The position numbers and the translations under genes were made by a program. DNA of 64,000 bases from a virus, in IMG/VR virus record IMGVR_UViG_3300045988_098116, positions 1 to 64,000 of that record. The stretch is one strand, 5' to 3'. Shown piece after piece: positions 1 through 8,072 of this stretch. Position 1 is the stretch's first letter; each line of letters starts with the position of its first letter. The notes beneath the pieces were generated by a model. That model had not been told where the DNA came from. It did not search any database and was given only the letters and a program-made list of their open reading frames with translations.

Positions 1-55
1 CAAACGAACCGATAAGTTTTATGCCAAAAATGTGCAAACCCCTTGAAACAACAAG

Positions 56-86
56 AAATCCCGCAGCCTCAACGACTGCGGGATTT
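56..86 (-). terminator. GC-rich hairpin just downstream (minus sense) of the tRNA 3'-end fragment
   Basis: Inverted repeat AAATCCCGCAG-N9-CTGCGGGATTT. In minus sense it is followed by T-rich cttgttgttt. Confidence 0.4.
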
Positions 87-95
87 CCCTTCATT

Positions 96-120
96 TGGCA
101 GCGGGAGAAGGATTCGAACG
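96..120 (-). other. Isolated tRNA 3'-end fragment (T-loop, T-stem 3' strand, acceptor 3' strand, CCA); candidate att core or prophage junction
   Basis: Minus sense reads CGTTCGAATCCTTCTCCCGCTGCCA. No matching T-stem 5' strand, D arm or anticodon arm lies upstream, so it is not a complete tRNA. Confidence 0.5.
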
Positions 121-268
121 CTCACTTTTTCTTATAAACCCGCTGCGCCACAGCACTTTTGAAATCCGTGTGCATTTTCGTGTGTAAAATCGAATACTTG
201 CAAACCTGCTCAACACGTCATGTCCGTTGTCGAATAATGTAAAAATACATTATATAATATATGGTGTC

Positions 269-898
269 TCATTCCTCACACCACCACACCGTTTCTCTTC
301 TGGCTCCCGCCACGGCGGCCTCCTCATGGGTCATCAGTATGTCAACGTGTTTGCCTATTACGCCAACGTCCAGGGCGATGTATGTCTTGTCTCCGATGAT
401 GACTGTGCTGCCGGTCGGTATCACGTCCGGGTCGGTCGCTACGCAGGAGCCGGGATATACCCACTGGCCGCTGGCGGTCAACACACGGCCGAACTCGTCC
501 TGGTTCATGTGTGCGTACTTCTCAACGCAGTCTGCACAGTAGCCGGTAATGATGCAGTCCTCCAGCACGTTGCTTTTGGCCTTGACGGCTTCCAGTATGC
601 GTTCCGACTCATCGGGATCCTCTTCTACGATTGTATCATGGCTGTCAACATCTTCGCCCCACTCCACCCGCAGGACGGTATGCGGCGTGTCCGCGCTGGC
701 TCTCCACGGTGCGATCAGCGCAAAGATCAACAGCGCCAGCAGCATGAACTCTAACAGGAAGTGTGTCTGCTCCCGACGCACAACGCGCCGGTACTCTGCC
801 CGCATAGCCACGAACGGTCCGGGGCATAATCCGAACTCCCCGGCACGGGCAATGTTCTCGCTCATTGTTTTATAGACTATCTGTTCCCTTTTGGTCAT
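269..898 (-). CDS. 3D-domain (RlpA/MltA-like double-psi barrel) cell-wall-binding protein with N-terminal membrane anchor
   Basis: C-terminal GSCVATDPDVIPTGSTVIIGDKTYIALDVG...HVDI is 3D-domain-like. Hydrophobic helix LLEFMLLALLIFALIAPW. GAGGAG RBS upstream of the ATG. Last gene of the leftward operon. Confidence 0.75.
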   Translation of the reverse strand: MTKREQIVYKTMSENIARAGEFGLCPGPFVAMRAEYRRVVRREQTHFLLEFMLLALLIFALIAPWRASADTPHTVLRVEWGEDVDSHDTIVEEDPDESERILEAVKAKSNVLEDCIITGYCADCVEKYAHMNQDEFGRVLTASGQWVYPGSCVATDPDVIPTGSTVIIGDKTYIALDVGVIGKHVDILMTHEEAAVAGARRETVWWCEE

Positions 899-913
899 TG
901 ATTATATCGCTCC

Positions 914-1321
914 TCACGAATAGTACAGGTTTACCCGGCGGTCAGCGCAGTGCTTGAATATTGCTTTCCAGTGGTCAAACATATTGTAGAGTTTCATTAC
1001 GTGGTAATTGTGCCCCATCATATCGGACTTCAAATCCTTCATGGCGTTGTATATCTTGCGACACTCCTGCGGAGTGAATTTGCCTCCGCAGTCTGAATGA
1101 AAAATCAGGATGTCCAGGTCGTCGTTGCAGTGCGCGTTCCAGTATTCTGCTTCTGCATCAGAGAAGGGCGCACCGCGGAGCATATTTCTCTTGAAAATGT
1201 TGTGGCACTGCTGGCCGTAGGCAACCTTTATCAGTTCAAGGATAAACGTGCCGTATGTAAGATACCCACAGTCAAAACCAGTCTCATTGGTCAACCCTTT
1301 CGCACGAGCGCAAAGTCCCAT
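914..1321 (-). CDS. hypothetical protein
   Basis: 135-aa ORF. AAGGAGG RBS about 9 nt upstream. TAATG stop/start overlap with the upstream small ORF. Confidence 0.7.
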   Translation of the reverse strand: MGLCARAKGLTNETGFDCGYLTYGTFILELIKVAYGQQCHNIFKRNMLRGAPFSDAEAEYWNAHCNDDLDILIFHSDCGGKFTPQECRKIYNAMKDLKSDMMGHNYHVMKLYNMFDHWKAIFKHCADRRVNLYYS

Positions 1322-1464
1322 TATTCTTCGCCCTCCTTCTCTTTCTCCTCATACAGCGGGCACCCGCAGTTTACAAAATCGGCGCAATACGGGCTGTCCC
1401 CGTTGAAGCACGCCCAAGTCCACTCCTCGTGCCACTTGCAGCCAACACAGCATTTGCTTTTCAT
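1321..1464 (-). CDS. small Cys-rich protein (47 aa, MKSKCCVGCKWHEEW...)
   Basis: Translated by hand and below the ORF-track cutoff. ATGA overlap with the upstream gene and TAATG overlap with the downstream gene. Eight Cys residues. Confidence 0.45.
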   Translation of the reverse strand: MKSKCCVGCKWHEEWTWACFNGDSPYCADFVNCGCPLYEEKEKEGEE

Positions 1465-1664
1465 GTCCTCACCTTCTTACTCAGTCTGTTCCAGCTTGCC
1501 GTAGCGGCACTCTGGCTCCACCCAGACAAGGTGAACCCACAGCTCGCGCAGCGCACATAGTACCGTTCCGGCACATGAATACCGATTTTGCGCTCCCCGC
1601 TGTCTCTTCCGCAGTGGGGACATACCTCCAGTTTCCCACCGGGTTTTCTGTTGTACTGATTCAC
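1461..1664 (-). CDS. Lar-family-like zinc-ribbon protein (restriction alleviation-like)
   Basis: CPHCG...YYVRCASCG...ASWNRL pattern typical of the Lar family. GTG start in a GTGA overlap with the upstream gene. Confidence 0.55.
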   Translation of the reverse strand: MNQYNRKPGGKLEVCPHCGRDSGERKIGIHVPERYYVRCASCGFTLSGWSQSAATASWNRLSKKVRT

Positions 1665-2029
1665 TGCTCGTCCTCCTTCCGCAGAATAACAACGCCAGCG
1701 AGTTTCCCAGTGTCAGCGAAATATTCCGCGCCACAGCAGGTCTTGAAGATATGGGCGTGCCACCCAGCTGCGTCCTCTCCATAGACGAGGCCGATAACTC
1801 GTTCCGGCTCGCGAAAATCTCCGGTCTGTATCATCAGCGCTGCCTTATACCGCGTCTTGTCATCAGGTAGTTTTTGTATGCAGTTCCCCTTGTTGGGGGG
1901 AGAACCGTTCAAGGGCTTGTTGGGCTGATAGCCTCGCCCATTGTCCGTTGAAACGATGTCGATAAATGCGGCACCAGCCAGAACGAGGCCCAGAACGAAG
2001 CCGACAAGGACGCCAAAAAAAGTTCCCAT
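1661..2029 (-). CDS. membrane-anchored hypothetical protein
   Basis: N-terminal TM helix FFGVLVGFVLGLVLAGAAFI. GAGGAGAA RBS. Confidence 0.65.
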   Translation of the reverse strand: MGTFFGVLVGFVLGLVLAGAAFIDIVSTDNGRGYQPNKPLNGSPPNKGNCIQKLPDDKTRYKAALMIQTGDFREPERVIGLVYGEDAAGWHAHIFKTCCGAEYFADTGKLAGVVILRKEDEQ

Positions 2030-2042
2030 TATGCTTTTCTCC

Positions 2043-2468
2043 TCACATAGTCACGATTCTTGTCCCCAGCGTTTTTGACGCCGGGGAGTTGATATACTCG
2101 TCGAAGGTCATTCCATCCTTAAACACAGGCTCCGTCCAGTCTCTACCGCACACATAACACTTGTGGTAGATCTCCGTTCCGTGGTCTTGAATAAGTCTCA
2201 GATTATGCTTTAGGCAACACGCCTGTGGAGTATGCCTTTCAATCTTTGCGTTTGCTTTGATTATGCCCTCCGCAACGCTCTGCCAAAGACGCACCATACG
2301 GTCGTCCTCTGTGCGGCACCAGATAAATCGTCCATTTCCACCGGAGCCTCCTGAACCGGGCGTACATACACCGGATCCAGGCTCGCAGCCGGCACCACCA
2401 TTGGCGATGTATACCGGACCAACTCCACCGGCTCCGCCTGTTCCGAGATCTTCTATCTTTCTTTTCAT
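2043..2468 (-). CDS. hypothetical protein with glycine-rich N-terminal segment and Cys cluster
   Basis: Start taken at MKRKIEDLG (AAGGATGTGGTGAAG upstream). GGAGGVG...GSGGSGGNGRFIWCR resembles the C-terminal motif of the glycine-rich tail paralogues at 32157-35271. Confidence 0.6.
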   Translation of the reverse strand: MKRKIEDLGTGGAGGVGPVYIANGGAGCEPGSGVCTPGSGGSGGNGRFIWCRTEDDRMVRLWQSVAEGIIKANAKIERHTPQACCLKHNLRLIQDHGTEIYHKCYVCGRDWTEPVFKDGMTFDEYINSPASKTLGTRIVTM

Positions 2469-2470
2469 CT

Positions 2471-3151
2471 TCACCACATCCTTACCTGTGCCGTATGCTC
2501 CGCAAACCGCTGCTCTTGCAGTTGGAAGTATGTCTGCTCGATCTCGCACCCCACAAATTCAAAGCCGAGGTTGTAGGCCGCTATCCTGCTGCTTCCACTG
2601 CCGAGGTGCGTGTCCAGTATACGCCAGCCTTCTTTGGCGTACTTCATCAGTAGCCACTCGTACAGCGCCACAGGTTTCTGCGTAGGATGGATACGCTTTT
2701 CGTTCAGTGCCTTATTCCCCTGCTGCGTTATGCCGTCCGTGATGCTTTTTCCTTGAAACATCCCATTCCACATATAGCGAAAGATACGAACGCTATCGTG
2801 GCAGTTTGTCGCCGCGATCTCGCAGTCCGAAAAAGAACTGTTTTCGTTACACTTGTCCCAAACGATGCGCCCCGGAGGAAAAACAACATCAAAGTAATTG
2901 CATCCCCATACGATATATTTTTTCGCCACGCGCACCAATTCGGAAAAGTAGTCGATGCCTGGCACGTCCCACTTCGGTGATATGGGATAGTCCCGGTGTA
3001 CGCCGATGGGGCTGACCTTGCAGCCGTAATACCCTCTGCGTTCCGGGCCGGTAAAGTACGGCGGGTCTACGATAGCAAGGTCAAACGCCTTATCCGGTAG
3101 CGTCCGCATATACTTCATGCAGTCTACGTTCAATGCAATTTGTTCTGCCAT
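2471..3151 (-). CDS. DNA methyltransferase, N6-adenine/N4-cytosine class (DPPY)
   Basis: IVDPPYF (motif IV), then HPTQKP and LDTHLGSGSS (motif I), i.e. beta-class order. Internal start MAEQIALN with GGAGGG RBS is preferred over the track start at 3346. Confidence 0.85.
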   Translation of the reverse strand: MAEQIALNVDCMKYMRTLPDKAFDLAIVDPPYFTGPERRGYYGCKVSPIGVHRDYPISPKWDVPGIDYFSELVRVAKKYIVWGCNYFDVVFPPGRIVWDKCNENSSFSDCEIAATNCHDSVRIFRYMWNGMFQGKSITDGITQQGNKALNEKRIHPTQKPVALYEWLLMKYAKEGWRILDTHLGSGSSRIAAYNLGFEFVGCEIEQTYFQLQEQRFAEHTAQVRMW

Positions 3152-3317
3152 TTCTACTCCCTCCGTTCCGTTTCGCCCTGCTGCAACACGACGGTGCTGC
3201 TGGGCGGTGTCCCCACAGTCTGAAATGGACAGGCGGTGAGGGCGCATACGCACTGGCTGTTCATGTTCTTTACCATGTAGGGACATTTTGTGTTGCAACA
3301 GTTCGTGCTCACCATGC

Positions 3318-3845
3318 TCACCTCCGACACAGCGCCACACCCGCAAAATTGATGCCTGGACGTAGATTTTCCCAGTAGATGAAATTGCCGTAGTATACCA
3401 TCAAGTTGCCAGTGCCCACGTTCATCACAGGGTGCTTCTTCGAGGGATTATGCAGTTTGAGAGATTCTATATCGGCATCGCTTAAAGGTTTTGCTTCGTG
3501 CTGAATATCGCAGTTGTCAACAACATACCTTGGAAGTTCGTCATAAAAAAGGTCATCATAATCTACGATAGGAACTCCATACGTCCGTGCAGTATCTATT
3601 TCCACGGACATCTGCTTGCTCCATCCGGGGGCAAATATAGCTATGTCGGCGGTACTTAGAGCCTCAATTACCTTTGCGAGAACATAAAGTGGATTCCCTT
3701 CCGCGGAGGTGCTAATAGCAGATGCGCTGACCACCTCGATGTCCTCGTCATAGCGTTCCTTTAATTTGGACACTATCCGCGCTTCTTCTTCCCTTAAACC
3801 GTCAGTGGTCTTTCGCTCTGGCGGCTGGCTAATAAACACCTTCAT
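3318..3845 (-). CDS. nucleoside 2-deoxyribosyltransferase-like (DUF4406-like) protein
   Basis: MKVFISQP start with AAGGAG RBS and ATGA coupling. ADIAIFAPGWSKQMSVEIDTARTYGVPIV resembles the DUF4406 core. Confidence 0.6.
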   Translation of the reverse strand: MKVFISQPPERKTTDGLREEEARIVSKLKERYDEDIEVVSASAISTSAEGNPLYVLAKVIEALSTADIAIFAPGWSKQMSVEIDTARTYGVPIVDYDDLFYDELPRYVVDNCDIQHEAKPLSDADIESLKLHNPSKKHPVMNVGTGNLMVYYGNFIYWENLRPGINFAGVALCRR

Positions 3846-4096
3846 TTTCCCAAAAACTCCTTCCAATTCTTATCCAGCCCCTTCGCCCGCAGCGTTCTGC
3901 CGTTCATGGTGTACTGGCGCATCCGAAGCATAAGGCTTTCCTCGTGACAGCGGTCGCAGTAACCGTGCGTGGCTATGTCCTTCATGCGGTTCCTCTGCTG
4001 CTCGTGCGTCAGGTACACGATGTACTCCGCTTCCATCTCCTTGATGCACTTGGGGCACAGCTTGGCGGTGCGGACCGTCCAGATGGCCTTATCCAT
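3842..4096 (-). CDS. zinc-finger hypothetical protein
   Basis: CPKC...CDRCH pairs. GAGGA RBS. Confidence 0.6.
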   Translation of the reverse strand: MDKAIWTVRTAKLCPKCIKEMEAEYIVYLTHEQQRNRMKDIATHGYCDRCHEESLMLRMRQYTMNGRTLRAKGLDKNWKEFLGK

Positions 4097-4100
4097 TTAG

Positions 4101-4451
4101 TCAGTCCTCATCCATCATCCAGCGCATCATAACGGCAACGATCTTGACATTATCCTTGTAATTGTCCAGAGAATCGTTGAAGATGATATTTTTCTTTCCG
4201 ATGTATTTTGCGTAGTCGTACTCCAATTTTGCGCCCTTGCTCTCCTGCCATCCGTGCTGAAAAAGCACCACGTCCGCGCTATCCAGCATAGCAAAGCATA
4301 TACGCATATAGTCCGCTGGCTTCATGCCCTCCGGCAGCTCCGCCGGATTTAGGACGGTGTGACCTTCTTCCTGCAGCATGGCCACCGTAGCCTTGAACTG
4401 TGCCTTATAGTTCGGGTTTCCCGTGATCCTTCCAGCTATGTAGATTTTCAT
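4101..4451 (-). CDS. nucleoside 2-deoxyribosyltransferase-like (DUF4406) protein
   Basis: MKIYIAGRITG...ADVVLFQHGWQESKGAKLEYDYAKYIGKKNIIF. Paralogue of 3318-3845. Confidence 0.7.
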   Translation of the reverse strand: MKIYIAGRITGNPNYKAQFKATVAMLQEEGHTVLNPAELPEGMKPADYMRICFAMLDSADVVLFQHGWQESKGAKLEYDYAKYIGKKNIIFNDSLDNYKDNVKIVAVMMRWMMDED

Positions 4452-5020
4452 TTCTCCATTTCCTCCTCCAGTTTGTCCAGCGCCTTTCCGATGAGTTTCC
4501 AGCGGTCAACGCCTATGTCCCGCGCCTCCAGCAGACCAAGCCGCACCACGTCAGGGGCCACCTTGCCGCCGGTAGCGTCGGACACTCTCTGCGCCCAGCC
4601 CAATTTTGTTCTCTGCTGGTAGGCTTGCAGCCGTATAAAAACCTTCCGCTTGATCTCCGCCATCGATCCCTTTGGCTTAAACGGCGTGGCGGGTTCGGTC
4701 GGCTGCGGTGCTGGATCTTGCTGGGCTTCGTTGCCATCCCGCTGTTCGCTTTCCTCCTGTACCTGCACAAACGTGCCAATGGGAAGTATATCGTCCTTGT
4801 TGAGTATCTTTATCGCCGGTACGCCCTCCGGCACGACCGTATAGATGGTGTCCTCATTCTCCACGCCCAGCGCAGGGAACTCCTCAACGGCGTAGGACGT
4901 GACTTCCTCCGGCAGCACCAACACGCCCCGCACCAGCCCCTCTATGATATGGTTGGTCACGCCCTGCGCTATCTGCATACCGCCCTTCACGCGGACGATC
5001 AGCACCTTTCGTTCCGTCAT
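4448..5020 (-). CDS. hypothetical protein
   Basis: 190-aa ORF, overlap-coupled on both sides. Confidence 0.65.
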   Translation of the reverse strand: MTERKVLIVRVKGGMQIAQGVTNHIIEGLVRGVLVLPEEVTSYAVEEFPALGVENEDTIYTVVPEGVPAIKILNKDDILPIGTFVQVQEESEQRDGNEAQQDPAPQPTEPATPFKPKGSMAEIKRKVFIRLQAYQQRTKLGWAQRVSDATGGKVAPDVVRLGLLEARDIGVDRWKLIGKALDKLEEEMEK

Positions 5021-5691
5021 TTCTGTTTCTCCTTTCGCAGTTCATTTACAGCGTATACAAGCTCATTGATCTTGCATTGCTGGGCATATAGCCAGCCACC
5101 ACTACGCTCATTCCAGATATTCCCTTTTTCCACTTCTTTCAGTGGCTCGATTTCATTCAGTTTTTGTGCTTTTTGTACTTCGCTTGCGTTCTCCCACCGT
5201 CCGATGCGCTTATAGCCCTTGAAGCCGTTTTCCGCCTCGTACTTGGTGATGCAGTCCTCCTCACCGTCCGTAAAATGTACAATCGGCTCATAGAACCCAC
5301 GCTCCCGGCATTTCTCACACCGGCAGATGCTCTTGATGTACCCCACCCGACCATCCACGGTTTCCACAAAGTCGCCCTCGTGCAGGTTCCCCGGCATCAT
5401 CAACGGTTTCGTGGAGCTCATCTTGTCGAGCTCGTCCTTTTCTGCATATCCGCAATCCCTGACCGCTCTTAGCCACGCAAAATCGTACTTGCCAATGCGA
5501 GTAAAATTCTTCGGCAGATCCTCTATATTGCCACTCCAGCCCGTCTGCGTCCCATCGTCCCACTTGAAAATGAAACTGTGCGACCGCCCAGGCCGCAGGT
5601 AAGACGACACATATCCGGTAAGCGTTTTGGATGATGTGCCATCGGCACGTTCCAACCTCACATAATCTCCCATATGAAAGGTGTATATCAT
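5017..5691 (-). CDS. hypothetical protein
   Basis: 224-aa ORF, overlap-coupled. Protein-like composition. Confidence 0.65.
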   Translation of the reverse strand: MIYTFHMGDYVRLERADGTSSKTLTGYVSSYLRPGRSHSFIFKWDDGTQTGWSGNIEDLPKNFTRIGKYDFAWLRAVRDCGYAEKDELDKMSSTKPLMMPGNLHEGDFVETVDGRVGYIKSICRCEKCRERGFYEPIVHFTDGEEDCITKYEAENGFKGYKRIGRWENASEVQKAQKLNEIEPLKEVEKGNIWNERSGGWLYAQQCKINELVYAVNELRKEKQK

Positions 5692-6215
5692 TTCTGCTCG
5701 ACCTCCTTCAGCACTTTCTCCGCCTTCTCGCGGGTGAGGAAAACAGTTCGACCAATGGCAAACCGCAGGGGCGTGATAGCCGGCGCAAGGGTGTCCGTAG
5801 CCAGAACCGCGCTCACTCCCGGCTTTGAAAATCCGTTCACTCTGAACTCAATAGCGGTTTTCTCTACGACCTCACCGCAAAAGATCGTATATACCTTGGC
5901 ACCCACCCTGAATGGAAGTACCACCAATCTTTTCTCTTTGCCTGCCTTGCAGATTTCTCGTATCATATCGATCCCACCGCACTCCCCAACAACAGTGCAA
6001 AGGTCGCTCCAGTCTTTAATCAACTCAGACACTTCCTCCGGTGTCAGCCCCGTGTCCTCGTAGGCGGCAAGGCGATCCTTGAGGCGATTGCGGCAATACA
6101 GCGCAGTACAGTCAGCCATCGGCTTACCATGCTTACCCGTCCAATCCGCTTCGCACTTCTGGCAGTTCATCATTGCCTGTCCATCGGTGTTGCGCTTCGT
6201 CATTCTTTTATTCAT
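5688..6215 (-). CDS. hypothetical protein
   Basis: Start at MNKRMTKRN (GGAGGAG RBS, ATGA overlap with the upstream gene) preferred over the track start at 6236. Confidence 0.65.
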   Translation of the reverse strand: MNKRMTKRNTDGQAMMNCQKCEADWTGKHGKPMADCTALYCRNRLKDRLAAYEDTGLTPEEVSELIKDWSDLCTVVGECGGIDMIREICKAGKEKRLVVLPFRVGAKVYTIFCGEVVEKTAIEFRVNGFSKPGVSAVLATDTLAPAITPLRFAIGRTVFLTREKAEKVLKEVEQK

Positions 6216-6844
6216 TTTTGCTCCTCCACATAGCACCAGCTCTGCGGCGCGTGCTTAATATGACCGCCATTTTCGCATGATGCACACCCAAATTCATCAC
6301 ACACTTTGTCTATGCAGTTTTCAAACGGGCGCGAAAACTTGCTCAACTCCTTCGGCGTATCGTAGATTTTCAGGTTGGAGATATGCCAGCCGTAGCCCTT
6401 TGCCCCCTTCAGATACTCGTGCATATCTTTGAGGGTAAGGCACGACTGCCGCGCAACATCGTTTGTTGTCGGCTGATCCTCACCTTTGACATAATAGCTG
6501 CCGCCGGGTGAGCGCGTTTCCAACTCATATATCAGGTCGCAGGTAAACTCTCCGATGACCTTGCCGTTTAAGAAATTGTCTTTCGTGTAGTTTTCACACA
6601 GCATTAGTTCTATGCTGTAGCCGTGTTTAATGCCCTGATCTGGGTGGCGATACAATTCATCGCTGTTCAGCACATGACAACCACAGATGGTCTGATACCT
6701 GACACTTGCTTGCGTGCAGTAGATATAGCACTTAAACGGCGTTTCCAGCTTCGGGCGGGTCTTTCGCACCTCGATAGTCTTTTCGCCTCTGGCAATCTTC
6801 TCACACCACTTCGGGCGGATGCTTATCATCACGGCCTTGCTCAT
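6212..6844 (-). CDS. ASCH (PUA-like) domain protein
   Basis: MSKAVMISIRPKWCEKIARGEKTIEVRKTRP is ASCH-like. GGAAGGAGG RBS. ATGA coupling. Confidence 0.65.
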   Translation of the reverse strand: MSKAVMISIRPKWCEKIARGEKTIEVRKTRPKLETPFKCYIYCTQASVRYQTICGCHVLNSDELYRHPDQGIKHGYSIELMLCENYTKDNFLNGKVIGEFTCDLIYELETRSPGGSYYVKGEDQPTTNDVARQSCLTLKDMHEYLKGAKGYGWHISNLKIYDTPKELSKFSRPFENCIDKVCDEFGCASCENGGHIKHAPQSWCYVEEQK

Positions 6845-7341
6845 GCCTTTTCCTCCTTCCACGGCGTATCCACGCACTCCGGCTTCTTGCAGCGCATCTC
6901 GATTGCCCACAAAATGTTCCACGCCGCCGCCAGCAGATGATCCTCGTCCTCCTGCCCGTCCAGATACTTCGCCGCGTGGCGCATGGCACTGTCCATCAGG
7001 CTGCTGGTGGGGATCCCTTTATCGACGTTATGCGTCCCATACTTGAGTGCCCCTGCCTCGCAGTGCTTGCTTACCTCTATGATCGCCGCCCACGGCAGAA
7101 GATCCATGCGGCCTTTCCCGCTGTGCATATCCCGCTGCGCCCCGGTGCTGAAGGTAGTACGCTCCCCGCTGTCCTTGATACCGCCCATCACTGCCGCTTT
7201 TGACTTTTCGGCAGACTTTTCAAGAATCTCAAGGCGCTGAAAGCCGCCCCACGCAATCTCTCGGCGGCAGTCCGGGCAGAAAAGATGTGAGCCGGATGTT
7301 GTCGCATCAAAGTCCTTTCCGCATCTTCCGCATACGCTCAT
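6841..7341 (-). CDS. protein with dATP/dGTP diphosphohydrolase N-terminal-like (DUF5664) domain and N-terminal zinc ribbon
   Basis: GRMDLLPWAAIIEVSKHCEAGALKYG...MRHAAKYLDGQEDEDHLLAAAWN matches the DUF5664 pattern. CGRCG...CPDC at the N-terminus. Confidence 0.65.
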   Translation of the reverse strand: MSVCGRCGKDFDATTSGSHLFCPDCRREIAWGGFQRLEILEKSAEKSKAAVMGGIKDSGERTTFSTGAQRDMHSGKGRMDLLPWAAIIEVSKHCEAGALKYGTHNVDKGIPTSSLMDSAMRHAAKYLDGQEDEDHLLAAAWNILWAIEMRCKKPECVDTPWKEEKA

Positions 7342-7565
7342 TTATTTTCCTCCTGTTTCAATATCCCCATATCAACGCATAGGCCGATCAGTTTGTCATC
7401 GTTCAGTTCTACGGCACGCTTCGCAATTTCTGTGAGATAGCCGTTCAGCATAGTAAGCCCGATGCCTATTCCAAAGGCGTTTTCTCTTGCCGCCCGGCTC
7501 CTGCTTGCACTCACCGTCCTGTCGATCTCCTCGACCAAGTTGTTGTAGTTCATTTTCACTCTCAT
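7338..7565 (-). CDS. hypothetical protein
   Basis: Start at MRVKMNYNN (AAGAGGAA RBS, ATGA overlap with the HNH gene stop) preferred over the track start at 7616. Confidence 0.55.
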   Translation of the reverse strand: MRVKMNYNNLVEEIDRTVSASRSRAARENAFGIGIGLTMLNGYLTEIAKRAVELNDDKLIGLCVDMGILKQEENK

Positions 7566-8032
7566 GGCTGTTCCTCTTTCAGTTCCTTGTGTCGTTTTTG
7601 GTGGCAGTTGCGGCACAGCGAAACGAGGTTCTGTGCCTCGTCCCCGCCGCCCTGCGCCACCGGCAGTATGTGGTGTACTTCCATGTTCCCATCGTCAATG
7701 GGTATTGCCATGCCGTGCCGGTTGATAAAGGCGTGGAACTCTCCGCAGTCCTGACAGGTGAAGTTGTCCCGATACAAAATGCGGAGCGAATACGGATCCC
7801 GTCCACGGTTCCACACCGTCAGGTTGTCGAACTGAGCACGGCACTGGTCGGAGCAGAAGCGGCGCCGTTTGCTTTTTACCTCTCCGCCGCACCACGGACA
7901 CTGACCGGGCTTTTCGTACTGCGGCTTATCGAAAAACACGTTTTCTGCACCATACATCTTCACAGCTTCGTACAGAGGAGGAAATGGCCTTCGCTTGCCA
8001 TGCAACTCCCAGTAGCGTTTGTATTTGCTCAT
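7562..8032 (-). CDS. HNH endonuclease
   Basis: CQDCG...HHILPVAQGGGDEAQNLVSLCRNCHQKRH. Confidence 0.85.
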   Translation of the reverse strand: MSKYKRYWELHGKRRPFPPLYEAVKMYGAENVFFDKPQYEKPGQCPWCGGEVKSKRRRFCSDQCRAQFDNLTVWNRGRDPYSLRILYRDNFTCQDCGEFHAFINRHGMAIPIDDGNMEVHHILPVAQGGGDEAQNLVSLCRNCHQKRHKELKEEQP

Positions 8033-8072
8033 TCTTCAATTCCTTTCGGTCGTTCCAACGGTCTATCCATTG

